A DNA stretch of 64,000 bases, taken from NCBI GenBank assembly GCA_023248955.1, contig JAHFDP010000012.1:1583-65582 (forward strand), in the 5' to 3' direction. Shown in pieces: positions 17,530 to 28,940 of the stretch (the stretch's first letter is position 1; the number at the start of each line of letters is the position of its first letter). Origin of the DNA: Deltaproteobacteria bacterium (GTDB taxonomy: Bacteria > Myxococcota > Myxococcia > Myxococcales > JAHFDP01). Made by a program: the position numbers and the translations under genes. The notes under the pieces are model-generated. The model saw only the letters and a program-made list of their open reading frames with translations. It had not been told where the DNA came from and did not search any database.

Positions 17530-17629
17530 GGTAGCGCGTCCGGTGCTGGTGCCCGGCTCGGTCTTCAAAACCGATGGCACGTTCTTCAAAAGCGCGTTCG
17601 GGCGGTTCGATTCCGCTGCGCTACCGCCA
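17530..17629 (+). tRNA. selC: tRNA-Sec (anticodon TCA)
   Basis: 8-bp acceptor GGTAGCGC/GCGCTACC + G-CCA; D-loop TGGT; anticodon arm TCGGT-CT-TCA-AA-ACCGA (TCA at 17565-17567); long variable arm; T arm GGCGG-TTCGATT-CCGCT. Confidence 0.93.
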
Positions 17630-17635
17630 CGCTAT

Positions 17636-18985
17636 TCAATGGATTAAGCGCGCGGGCTGCAACTTGAGATAGACGAACGCGCCGAGCGGAACGCGCGTTC
17701 CATACTCGACCGCCAGCGCTTTGGGGACGACGCCCACATTGAGCCGCACGCCGATTGCCGGAACGATTGGCGAGCCAACGTCGATACGATGCAAGAAACC
17801 AAGCGTCGCGTTGAACACACGAAAGACGCGCGCGGGATTCCCCGGCACCACCAGATCGCCGCCGGATTTTTCCACGTACTCCAAGCGAAGGTAGGGAACG
17901 TCGAGCCCGCCCAGATCGAAATTTCCCTCGAGCAGGGCGCTGTCCAAGGCACCGATGGGCTCGAGGTTGCGGCCCCACACCGCCGTCGCGTCGAGCGTGC
18001 CATCCTCGAACAGCGGCGCGCTCCAGAGTGCCGATGCCGTCAGGCGACCGAAGTTCTCGCCGGGCGCCAACGCCTCGGGGCTGCGCAGGAACGCATACGA
18101 AACCTGCATACTCGTATGCAACGTAGGATTGCCCGAGAGCCGCAGTGCATAGGAATCGAGCGGACCGAAATCGAAGTCCCAGCGGTTTTCGTCGGGCTCG
18201 CGGCCGTTGAAAAGCGAGGCCTCCAGCTTGAGCGCGCGCGTCAAGAAGCCAGCGGTGAACACGCCGAAGGAGACGTGCGTGGAATCCTGCCAGTGGTGAC
18301 CGATGGGCGGCAACGGATCGTTCATCGCGGACGCGCGATGCATGAACGCGGGCGGACCAATGGCGGGCTCGCCGGCCGGCGCGGCGTAGAGCTCGAGGCC
18401 GATCGACTCACCGAGCGGATGGCGGTAACGCGCGGCGACTTCCATGAAGAGATCGTGCGGATGCTGCACGTCGTGCAACGGCACGCCGCCGTAGGTTTCG
18501 CCACTCTGCAAAAGGAGCGGAACGCCTGCACCACCCGCCGTCAGCGGCTCGGCGGAGAGCATCGTGCGCAGCGAAATTTCACCGCCCGCGAAATCGTGCG
18601 CGGCCATGCCCATCAGCCAATTCGTGGAGACGCCGCGGCTGTCCCCGCGCGGACCGGACTGCTCGTCGAAGCCCAAAGAAAGCGCGCCGTGCAGCATCAA
18701 CATCCATTGGCCGGCCGTCCAATGCGCGGCGTAAACGGGTGTGGCATCCGGCATCCAACTGGTGCCGGATCCTTCGCGGCCATGTGGAAAACGCCACCAA
18801 GTCGATTCGCTAGCATCCTCGTGGTGGTGATGCGCCGGTGCGGCGGCGAGCGTCATTCCACAGCGCGGACAAACGCCCGGTTCATCCGCGCGAATGTCCG
18901 GATGCATCGGACAGACGTAAGCGGCGGCTTCCTCCGCGAGCGCCACGGTTGGCTGCACCACGAGGCAAACGACGCTGATTCGCAT
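17636..18985 (-). CDS. Exported protein with a heavy-metal-binding domain and a probable outer-membrane beta-barrel
   Basis: Signal peptide, YVCPMHP...PGVCPRCGMTL, HHHHE; then GSGTSW, QHPHDLFME, HHWQDSTH, FNGREPDE; start uncertain. Confidence 0.7.
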   Translation of the reverse strand: MRISVVCLVVQPTVALAEEAAAYVCPMHPDIRADEPGVCPRCGMTLAAAPAHHHHEDASESTWWRFPHGREGSGTSWMPDATPVYAAHWTAGQWMLMLHGALSLGFDEQSGPRGDSRGVSTNWLMGMAAHDFAGGEISLRTMLSAEPLTAGGAGVPLLLQSGETYGGVPLHDVQHPHDLFMEVAARYRHPLGESIGLELYAAPAGEPAIGPPAFMHRASAMNDPLPPIGHHWQDSTHVSFGVFTAGFLTRALKLEASLFNGREPDENRWDFDFGPLDSYALRLSGNPTLHTSMQVSYAFLRSPEALAPGENFGRLTASALWSAPLFEDGTLDATAVWGRNLEPIGALDSALLEGNFDLGGLDVPYLRLEYVEKSGGDLVVPGNPARVFRVFNATLGFLHRIDVGSPIVPAIGVRLNVGVVPKALAVEYGTRVPLGAFVYLKLQPARLIH

Positions 18986-19142
18986 CGCCAGGACAAACGC
19001 GGTGCGGGCCAACCGGTGACCGCGCGCAACTCGACGCACAATGAATTCAGCGAGCATGCGCGATTCTGCCACTCTCTATCGACAACGGCCAAGCGTTCGC
19101 GTGGGAGATGCGTGGAACGTTCCGCCGCAGTAAAAAGAGGCC

Positions 19143-19388
19143 ATGCCCGTCTCGAAACGAAGAGAGAAGAGTTCGAAGAAACGCCGCGAACCAGAAAACG
19201 TGGCGCCCGGATTGCCGGAGACAGCCACGCCCCAGAGCAGTGGAGGACTGCTCAGCGGGTTGCGTGGCGGATTTCAACGCACAGCGGGCGGCAAAGAAGA
19301 ATCGCTGGGATCGAAGATTTTGACGTGGGTGTTGTTTGCCGCCGCCGCCGCGATGCTCTTGAAGAGGTTCGGATTTTGGAGACGATAA
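19143..19388 (+). CDS. Small membrane protein
   Basis: AGAGG RBS, basic N-terminus, one C-terminal hydrophobic helix. Confidence 0.55.
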   Translation: MPVSKRREKSSKKRREPENVAPGLPETATPQSSGGLLSGLRGGFQRTAGGKEESLGSKILTWVLFAAAAAMLLKRFGFWRR

Positions 19389-19436
19389 CGTAAACCGCGA
19401 GACGGAAGGCGCGCTTTTTCACGCCCACCGCTCCGG

Positions 19437-21338
<1,902 letters not shown>

Positions 21339-21620
21339 TTTGGTATTCCCTCTCAGGCCGCCAACGTAAGCACATGACACGACCTGTCAAATCAGAATTT
21401 ACGCCCACGCTTGACGTTTAGCGGCGGACAGTTTGGATGCGAACTGCGATGCGCACTTTGCGTTATTAGGGTGGCAGGGGAGCGGTCGAAAAGCCTGGAA
21501 CCGGACAAGGAAATACCTTAGGTTATGATGTGTTGTACCAGTTGACGCACCGAGACGTGCATCGGCCTTAACCTTGCAGGCAAATAGGTAGAGCCACCGC
21601 TCACCGAGGAGAAGTCAAGC

Positions 21621-22703
21621 ATGGTGCGAACGCCCACGTTAAGAGCGGTCCGAGAAGAGCGAGTCGCCGTGTTGCTCAACGCGCAAGCGCGGAGCGTCAC
21701 CGACGCCGTTCGGACTGACCTGGCGCGGTTCGTTCCACCCGAGGATTTGTACTATTCGCGTACCTTCCGCGAAGCGCAGTCCATCGCCCGCGATGTGCTC
21801 GACAAGAGCTACGACACGGTCTTGACGGGTGGCGGCGATGGGACGTTCTGCGGTTTTGCCAATCCCATTCTCGACCTGGTATCGGAAGCCGCGAGCCAGG
21901 CACGGGTGGCTGGAGGCACGGTCGCGCGAGGAACCTCGAGACTTTCGGCGCCCAGGTTCGGCGCGCTTCGGCTCGGCACCGGGAACGCGCTGGCCAGCTT
22001 CTGCGGCGCTTCTTCCAGGCGAACCGGCGTGATCGAGGACATCCTGCGCACCTGCGCCGGAGATACGCCACGCACCATCGACCTGCACCTCGTGGAAGTC
22101 GATGGCAAGCGGGCGCCCTTCGCGGGGCTCGGTTTCGACGCACAGGTCTTGAACGACTACATGCGCGTGAAAGGAGCCCTCAAACTTTCGGCGCTGAAGA
22201 AACTCGCGGCGACGCCTGCCGGTTACGTCTGGAGCGGCATCATGCACACGGCGCCGCGGATGCTGCTCAAACGGGACGCCGAGGTCGAGATCGTCAACGA
22301 GGGCGCGCCTGCGATGCAGATTGGTCCTGACGGTCGCGACCTTGGACGCCCCATTGGGACGGGCGAAATTCTCTTCCGCGGAAAAGTATCGATCGCCGCC
22401 GCCGGCACCGTGCCCTGCTACGGCTTTGGTTATCAGATTTTCCCGCACGCGCTGAAATCGCCTGGCCGCTTTCAGCTGCGGCTCTCGGCCATGGGCGTGT
22501 TCTCCGCGGTGCGCCACATCCCGACGGTCTGGCGCGGCCAGACGCCGGAGGGCGTGCTCGACTTCCACTGCGAGCGCGTGCGCATGCGCTTCTCGCGGCC
22601 GATGCCGTTGCAGGTTGGCGGCGACGCGGAGGGTTACCGCGACGAGGTGGTCATCGGCATGGCGCGCGAAGCCGCACGGCTGGTGGATTTTCGGCGGGTG
22701 TAG
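21621..22703 (+). CDS. Diacylglycerol/lipid kinase family protein
   Basis: GGGDGT, LGTGNA, GLGFDA, QVGGD. Confidence 0.85.
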   Translation: MVRTPTLRAVREERVAVLLNAQARSVTDAVRTDLARFVPPEDLYYSRTFREAQSIARDVLDKSYDTVLTGGGDGTFCGFANPILDLVSEAASQARVAGGTVARGTSRLSAPRFGALRLGTGNALASFCGASSRRTGVIEDILRTCAGDTPRTIDLHLVEVDGKRAPFAGLGFDAQVLNDYMRVKGALKLSALKKLAATPAGYVWSGIMHTAPRMLLKRDAEVEIVNEGAPAMQIGPDGRDLGRPIGTGEILFRGKVSIAAAGTVPCYGFGYQIFPHALKSPGRFQLRLSAMGVFSAVRHIPTVWRGQTPEGVLDFHCERVRMRFSRPMPLQVGGDAEGYRDEVVIGMAREAARLVDFRRV

Positions 22704-22709
22704 CAACCG

Positions 22710-23969
22710 CTACATGTGCTTCACGATCGCTTCGCCGAACCCCGAGCAGGTCACTTCCGTCACGCCGCCCTGCCCTTCGGCCTTCATGAGACGCGCGAAG
22801 TCGTAGGTCACGGTCTTCGCCGCGATGGCGCCGTCCATGCCTTTGAGGATCAGCTCCGCCGCAGCGTCCCAGCCGAGGTGACGCAACATCATTTCGCCCG
22901 ACAGGATCACGGAGCCGGGGTTCACCTTGTCCTGGTTCGCATACTTCGGCGCGGTGCCGTGCGTGGCTTCGAAAACCGCGTGGCCCGTGAGGTAGTTGAT
23001 GTTGCCGCCCGGCGCGATGCCGATGCCGCCGACCTGCGCCGCCAGTGCGTCGGAGAGGTAGTCACCGTTGAGGTTCGTGGTGGCGATCACATCGAACTCC
23101 TCGGGCCGCGTGAGCACCTGCTGCAGCGTGATGTCGGCGATGGCGTCCTTCACGAGCACCTGCCCCGCCGGCGCCTTACCGCCACAGTCGTCCCAGCCGA
23201 TGGCGCGGCCCGCGTATTCGCGCTTCACGAGTGCATAGGCCCAGTCGCGAAAGCCGCCCTCGGTGAACTTCATGATGTTGCCCTTGTGCACCAGCGTGAC
23301 GCTCTTGCGCTTGGCCGTCAGCGCGAAATCGATCGCCGCGCGCACCAGCCGTTCGGTGCCTTCAATCGACACCGGCTTGATGCCGATGCCGCTGGTTTCC
23401 GGAAACCGAATCTTTTTAACGCCCATTTCGCTCTGCAAAAAGGCGATGATTTTTTTTGCTTCGGCGCTCTGCGCGGCCCACTCGATACCGGCGTAAATGT
23501 CCTCGGTGTTCTCGCGGAAGATCACCATGTCGACCAGCTCCGGCCGCTTCACCGGCGACGGGACGCCCTTGAAGTAGCGCACTGGCCGCAGGCAGACGAA
23601 GAGATCGAGCTTCTGGCGAAGGGCAACGTTGAGCGAGCTAATGCCACCGCCGATGGGCGTGGTGAGCGGGCCTTTGATGCCGACCAAGTACTCGCGAAAC
23701 GCCGCGACGGTCTCGTCAGGGAGCCAGTTGTCGAAAAGTTTTTTCGATTTTTCGCCGGCGTAGACTTCCATCCAGGCGATCTTTTTCTCGCCGCGGTAGG
23801 CCTTCTCCACAGCGGCATCGAGCACGCGCTGCGAAGCGCGCCAAATGTCTGGACCCGTGCCGTCGCCTTCAATGAAAGCCAGAATCGGCCGGTTGGGGAC
23901 GTGGATCTTACCCCCACTCAATGTAATCTTTTCACCACCCTGCGGAACAATTGGTTGGGGAGTCGGCAT
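22710..23969 (-). CDS. icd: NADP-dependent isocitrate dehydrogenase
   Basis: [46 protein letters not shown]. Confidence 0.97.
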   Translation of the reverse strand: MPTPQPIVPQGGEKITLSGGKIHVPNRPILAFIEGDGTGPDIWRASQRVLDAAVEKAYRGEKKIAWMEVYAGEKSKKLFDNWLPDETVAAFREYLVGIKGPLTTPIGGGISSLNVALRQKLDLFVCLRPVRYFKGVPSPVKRPELVDMVIFRENTEDIYAGIEWAAQSAEAKKIIAFLQSEMGVKKIRFPETSGIGIKPVSIEGTERLVRAAIDFALTAKRKSVTLVHKGNIMKFTEGGFRDWAYALVKREYAGRAIGWDDCGGKAPAGQVLVKDAIADITLQQVLTRPEEFDVIATTNLNGDYLSDALAAQVGGIGIAPGGNINYLTGHAVFEATHGTAPKYANQDKVNPGSVILSGEMMLRHLGWDAAAELILKGMDGAIAAKTVTYDFARLMKAEGQGGVTEVTCSGFGEAIVKHM

Positions 23970-24336
23970 TGGCGAAGTCCTTTCGTGGAATGGCGGCGAT
24001 CTACCAGGAGCACGCGTGTCCAGTCCACTTGGAGTGCCGGTAAGCCAATCGGGAAAAATCTTCCCTCTGGAGGCGTGCTGGCTCGGATTTCGCAGAGCAG
24101 GAGCACCAGTTCGGCCTCAACGAACTGGGCGACGTCACTTACGACTACAACGACGTCGCGAATGGTACGGCCGACGCGACGCTCACTTCGAAGTTAAATC
24201 GAACGTGACCGAATTTCGACTCAAAATGCTGGAGACACGTTTGAACGACTACCACTGCGAACTCATGGCGACGCGTCGAGAGCTTGCCACGGTGAGAAAT
24301 AAGCTCATGCTACGGGAACTGCTCGGTCAAATTTAA

Positions 24337-25158
24337 CTACGTCTTCACCCGCCGCGCCTGCAGCGCGTCCAACGCGGTTTGCGTCATGCTCCGCTCGCCG
24401 AGCTTCCGCCCCGGCGACACCGTTTCGCCGTGGTAATCGCTGCCCGCGGTGGCCACGAGACCCAGCTCCGCGGCCCAGCGCGCATAGGCGGCGGCCTGCG
24501 ACGGAACGTGATCCGCGTGGTTCGCTTCCACCCCCGCGAGTCCCAACTCCGCCAGCGCGCCGAGCTCGGCCCGCGACACCTTCGACACACCCGGGTGCGC
24601 GATGGTCGCTGTTCCGCCGGCGATACGGCACAGCTCGATCGCCTCCCCGGCGCTCATGCGCTGACGTTCGACGTAGCCCGGTTTTCCAAATCCGAGAAAG
24701 CGATCGAAGGCATCCTTGACGCTCACCGCCGCGCCACGCTGCACGAGAACCCGCGCGAGATGCGGCCGCCCAATCGACGCTTCACCCGCCACCGCCAGCA
24801 CCGCTTCCATGGTGACCGCGATTCCGGTGGCAGCAAGCTGCGCCACCATCCGCTCCATGCGCGTGCGCCGTTCCTTCTTCATGACGGTTTGCAAGCCCAA
24901 GAGGTGCGGCGATGCCGGATCCAAAAAGTGGCCGAGCACATGAATTTCGCGACCGTTGAGATCGGCGGAAATCTCGATCCCCGGAACGAGCCGCACGCCA
25001 TGCTCGAGCGCCGCCGCCTGCGCTGCCGCAAGGCCTTGAACGGTGTCGTGATCGGTGACCGCCAGCGTCTTCACACCGGCCGCAGCGGCGCGCCGCAACA
25101 GTTCGGCCGGCGCATGTTCTCCGTCGGAGGCCGTGGTGTGGCTGTGCAAGTCGATCAT
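24337..25158 (-). CDS. PHP-domain phosphoesterase (YciV/TrpH-like)
   Basis: DLHSHTTASDG, VTDHDT, GRPHLA, AHP, GSDYHG. Confidence 0.9.
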   Translation of the reverse strand: MIDLHSHTTASDGEHAPAELLRRAAAAGVKTLAVTDHDTVQGLAAAQAAALEHGVRLVPGIEISADLNGREIHVLGHFLDPASPHLLGLQTVMKKERRTRMERMVAQLAATGIAVTMEAVLAVAGEASIGRPHLARVLVQRGAAVSVKDAFDRFLGFGKPGYVERQRMSAGEAIELCRIAGGTATIAHPGVSKVSRAELGALAELGLAGVEANHADHVPSQAAAYARWAAELGLVATAGSDYHGETVSPGRKLGERSMTQTALDALQARRVKT

Positions 25159-25187
25159 CGTCGCCGAGTGTAGTAGCTTTTTATCCG

Positions 25188-25643
25188 ATGCAGCAGGTCC
25201 TCAAAATCTCGCGCAAGATCGACTACGCGCTGCGGGCGGCCATTCACCTGGCCGGGCTTCCCGAAGGCGAATTGGTGTCGCACAAGGACCTTGCTGAACG
25301 GCTCACCATGCCCGCCGACTTCACCGCCAAGATCATGAAGACCCTGGCCGAGCGCGGCATCGTGCAAGCGGTGCGCGGCGCTCATGGCGGATTTCGACTC
25401 GCGCGAGCCGCCAGCGACATCTCGATGCTCGACGTGATCGAAGCCGTGGAAGGCCCCGTGGTACTCAATGTATGCCTAGGGTCCAAAGGCGACTGCGCGG
25501 TCTCCGACGGCTGTGGCATGTACGACGTGTGGCGCTTGGCGCAGGCGCGGATGGTCGACGTGTACCGCGCGGCGACACTGGCCACGCTAGCCAGAACCGA
25601 CAAGCCGATGTCGTTGGTGGAGCTGTCGGTCCCGCACGGTTAG
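25188..25643 (+). CDS. Rrf2 family transcriptional regulator
   Basis: DYALRA, RGAHGGFRLAR, DVIEAVEG, three Cys (C-x6-C-x5-C). Confidence 0.9.
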   Translation: MQQVLKISRKIDYALRAAIHLAGLPEGELVSHKDLAERLTMPADFTAKIMKTLAERGIVQAVRGAHGGFRLARAASDISMLDVIEAVEGPVVLNVCLGSKGDCAVSDGCGMYDVWRLAQARMVDVYRAATLATLARTDKPMSLVELSVPHG

Positions 25644-25693
25644 AGCGAAACGCTAAAACCCTCTTTGGTCGCGGCGCGAAGCGCTACCACAGG

Positions 25694-27454
25694 CTACTGC
25701 GCCACCGGCACGGTGCCCGCGGTGTCCGACGAGCCGAACTGATCGCTCACCGTCATCGAGACGCGATACGGACCCGGGACATCCGGTGTCAGCGTCACCT
25801 TTGTCCCGCTCGCCGACGAGAGCTGCGCGGTCGAGCCTTGCGGCTGGGACTTGAGCGTCCACGCGTAGGTCAGCGTGTCGGTGGACTCCGGATCCGTGGA
25901 GCTGGAAGCATCGAGCGTCCAAACCGATCCGACCTTGTTCGCCCCCGTCACCGTGACACTGGCCACCGGCGGAAAGTTGGGATCATCACTTGACTTAATG
26001 TCAATCGTGGCTTCGCCGCCATTGGCCGCGGCGAGCGGATCGTCGCAGGCCACACCGAGCTTGGCCGGGTCGTCGCGCATCAGCACGTTGTCATCGAAAC
26101 GGAGCACCACCGAGGCATTTTGGCCCGAAGCGATGGTCAGCGGTGCCGGCGGCGCCGTCTTGATCGCGTAGCCGCCGCCCGGATTCCACGCCAATTCGAT
26201 TTTCGAAATATGCAGATCGGCATTGCCGGCATTGGCGATTTGGACCGTGCGCTCCGTGCCTTTGGCGCCCGTTACCACCGTGCCGAAATCGATCGGCGAC
26301 GGTGTCACCGCGAGCTGCGGATAAGCGCCGCCGTAGCAGGTCACCGTGCCCGTTTCACCATCGGAGGCCGTCACCGTGGCGACGGCTTTCGACGCGCCGC
26401 CCTTGGGCGCATAGGTCACGGACACGGTCCGGGTCGTTCCCGGCGTCAGCGTAAACGGCGGCGCACCACCCTGCACCACCAGCGTCCATCCGTCGGCGTG
26501 ATCGAGTGCCACCGTGCTCACCGTGAGATCGGCCGTTCCATTGTTCTGCACGACAAACGTGTGCGTCGCGGGCGTGCTCTGCGTGGCGTCGTAAAACGCC
26601 AGCGTGAAGGGATCGACGGTAAGTGACGGCGCATCGGCTTGCGCAAGCAACCCAAGCGTGAGCTCCGGATTCACCGGATCGTCCGTCAAAATGTGCAGCG
26701 AGACATTGGGCAGCGCGTTCTTGCCCGCGGGGCTCTGGAACGAAACCGTCAGGGGCGTCGACGCGCCACCCGAAAGCGTCATCGCGCCGGCGGGCGCCGT
26801 GATGGTGAAAAGCGAAGCGTCGGAAGCCGCGCCGCCAATTCCGACCACCAACTTCAACTCGCGAATGTGCAATTGACCGCAACCCTTGTTGATGAGCTGC
26901 GCGGTTCGGAGGACGGCGGCGCTGCCCGACACGATTTTCAGTTCGGCGTTGGGATCGCCAGGCGCATGGTTGAAATCGAGAAAGTTGCAATCGGTCTGCC
27001 CCTGACCGTTGTCGCAAAGCGCGTGAACCTCGCGACGTGCCTGATCGATGGTGCGGCCATTGAGCGGCGGCGAGAAGGCGGAGACGTTGAAACGCGCGGT
27101 GGCCACATTCGGATCGTCGGTGTCGAGGAGAAGGCGCGTGAGCAGATGGCCGTCGCCGTTGCCCGTTGCCGAGAGCGAAATCACGCCGTCGCCGCCGGCG
27201 GGCAAGCTCGTCGGTGTGGCCAGAATGCGAAACGACTTGGGCGCACCGTCCTCAAGACGCGGCGTGGCGAAGTCGAGCGGAGACCCGCCGATGTTGCTGA
27301 CTTTCGTGTCGAGCGTCAGCGTGTCCCCCGGACAAATGTCGGGGAAGGCGATGAGGCGATCAGCGAAAAGTTGCGGCGGACGCTGCGAAACTTTGGTGCC
27401 GCCACAGTTGCAAGCGGACAAAAGCAGACATGACAAAATGATAAGTCGGTGCAT
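25694..27454 (-). CDS. Lipoprotein with tandem Ig-like (ASPM/choice-of-anchor D) domains and a C-terminal PKD-like domain
   Basis: LLLSAC lipobox; repeated NxGxxxL motifs; LDASSSTDPE...LTYAW. Confidence 0.7.
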   Translation of the reverse strand: MHRLIILSCLLLSACNCGGTKVSQRPPQLFADRLIAFPDICPGDTLTLDTKVSNIGGSPLDFATPRLEDGAPKSFRILATPTSLPAGGDGVISLSATGNGDGHLLTRLLLDTDDPNVATARFNVSAFSPPLNGRTIDQARREVHALCDNGQGQTDCNFLDFNHAPGDPNAELKIVSGSAAVLRTAQLINKGCGQLHIRELKLVVGIGGAASDASLFTITAPAGAMTLSGGASTPLTVSFQSPAGKNALPNVSLHILTDDPVNPELTLGLLAQADAPSLTVDPFTLAFYDATQSTPATHTFVVQNNGTADLTVSTVALDHADGWTLVVQGGAPPFTLTPGTTRTVSVTYAPKGGASKAVATVTASDGETGTVTCYGGAYPQLAVTPSPIDFGTVVTGAKGTERTVQIANAGNADLHISKIELAWNPGGGYAIKTAPPAPLTIASGQNASVVLRFDDNVLMRDDPAKLGVACDDPLAAANGGEATIDIKSSDDPNFPPVASVTVTGANKVGSVWTLDASSSTDPESTDTLTYAWTLKSQPQGSTAQLSSASGTKVTLTPDVPGPYRVSMTVSDQFGSSDTAGTVPVAQ

Positions 27455-27466
27455 GGTCCGAGGAAA

Positions 27467-27676
27467 TTAGCACGCCCAGTTACGCCAGCAATCCTCGCAG
27501 AGCTCGCCCTTGCTTTCGGCACGCACGGTGCGTTCCACATCCTTGCCGCATCCCGCGCAGCGCGAGCGCGCACCGGTCCCGAAAATTCCCGCCGCGCGCG
27601 CCATGCCGCGCAGCAGGTAGAGCACCGCGCCGACGGCAATCGTTGCAACAACGATGAAAGCGAGGAGACGCGACAT
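27467..27676 (-). CDS. Small membrane protein with a Zn-ribbon-like tail
   Basis: N-terminal TM helix, CAGC...CEDC; abuts the cvpA-like gene. Confidence 0.5.
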   Translation of the reverse strand: MSRLLAFIVVATIAVGAVLYLLRGMARAAGIFGTGARSRCAGCGKDVERTVRAESKGELCEDCWRNWAC

Positions 27677-28398
27677 TACGGTTTCTTCATCGGTGGCGAA
27701 GGCGCTGCATCAGGATCGGCGAACTTCCGCGCCAGCGCTGGGTCCGCAATCAATTCGCGCACACGCGGATCGCCCAGCAGCGTTAGCAAATCGGCGCCGG
27801 CGCTCTGAATCGCGGGGTCCGCGGCCACGGCTTTCAGCCGCGGATCCGCCGCCAGCAACATCGATTCGACATCGTCTTTGTGTGGCGCATTTGGATTCTT
27901 GATCAGCTCGGAAATTTTGCTCAAGCGGTCCAGCGAACGCAGGTGAAAAAGCTGTAGCGCATTGAATCGTCGCGCGAAGCCGGCCGCTTTCGAACCCGGC
28001 GCGGAGAAGGTCCAGCCGTGCGCGGGATTGTCAAAAAAAACGAGCGTCGACAGCACAACCCAAGCGAGCAACGCGCCTTTGGAGAAGCCCAAAAATGCAC
28101 CGAGCGCGCGATCGAAAGTCCCCGCGGTGGTCTCCTTGAAACGACGGCGCAAAAGAAAAGCGAGGAGATGGCCGAAGGCGTAGGTCAGGGTGAAAACCGC
28201 GGCGGTGGCCATCACTACCGCCAGGCCCTTGTGGACCGAAGGGCCCATCATTCGCCCGATGGCCGGCCCCAGGGCCTTCGACACCAGCAGGCCCGCCCCA
28301 ATGGAAACGAGGTGCAGCATCTGCCACAGCGCGCCCGAAGATCTTCCGAAGAGCGCGAAGACGATCAAGAGGCCCAAGATAAAAAGATCGAGCGTCAC
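27676..28398 (-). CDS. CvpA (colicin V production) family membrane protein
   Basis: LDLFIL N-terminus, DRALGAFLGFSKG motif. Confidence 0.8.
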   Translation of the reverse strand: MTLDLFILGLLIVFALFGRSSGALWQMLHLVSIGAGLLVSKALGPAIGRMMGPSVHKGLAVVMATAAVFTLTYAFGHLLAFLLRRRFKETTAGTFDRALGAFLGFSKGALLAWVVLSTLVFFDNPAHGWTFSAPGSKAAGFARRFNALQLFHLRSLDRLSKISELIKNPNAPHKDDVESMLLAADPRLKAVAADPAIQSAGADLLTLLGDPRVRELIADPALARKFADPDAAPSPPMKKP

Positions 28399-28934
28399 TT
28401 CGCGCCTTTCTGCAGGGCCGCGATCTCCGTGAGCTTCGCCGTGAACGCCGCGTTGGATGGTTCGTAGGCCAGCGCCAATTTCAAATTTCGCTCGGCGGAC
28501 GAGACATTTCCACGCTGCAAATCAACGAGCGCGGCGGCAAAAAATTTCCGGCCGTTGGGCGTTTTCCCGAACTCCGCGTCCTGCGCAGCCTTCCGCTCCA
28601 GCTCGCTCTCCTCGGTGAAACGAATTTTTTTGGCGCGCGCGGGACCGGCCACGTCCGCGGCATATTTGGCGCGCTTCACCTCATCGCGCAGCACCACGTA
28701 GGCCTCGGTCACCCGCTTGTAGATTCGCCCGATGGCCGCCTTCAACTCAGCATCCGCGAGCCCGTGAAATTGATCGGGATGGTAGCGGCGAGACGCCCCG
28801 TAAAACGCGCGCTTCAGATCGGCGGCGGTGGCCGTCGGCGCGACTTTGAGCACCTGAAAATAGTCGAGCTCGTCAAGCGATTGCGCCATCGCTTGAACGT
28901 CGATGTTGAAGGAAAAGTCGATCACGGCAGGCAT
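28395..28934 (-). CDS. J-domain protein with a C-terminal TPR-like helix
   Basis: DYFQVLKV...YHPD...EAYVVLRD. Confidence 0.85.
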   Translation of the reverse strand: MPAVIDFSFNIDVQAMAQSLDELDYFQVLKVAPTATAADLKRAFYGASRRYHPDQFHGLADAELKAAIGRIYKRVTEAYVVLRDEVKRAKYAADVAGPARAKKIRFTEESELERKAAQDAEFGKTPNGRKFFAAALVDLQRGNVSSAERNLKLALAYEPSNAAFTAKLTEIAALQKGAK

Positions 28935-28940
28935 GCGGGC

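Noticed and set aside
17485-17589. N-terminal half of the listed 80-aa ORF 17347-17589
   Set aside because: Overlaps tRNA-Sec on the opposite strand; only the HATPase tail looks protein-derived
21339-21620. CIRCE or other heat-shock element, or an ncRNA, upstream of dnaK
   Set aside because: No TTAGCACTC-N9-GAGTGCTAA match or convincing structure seen
23970-24336. Possible small gene or gene remnant between icd and the PHP gene
   Set aside because: Protein-like stretches occur in different frames with no convincing start or family motif; cannot be supported
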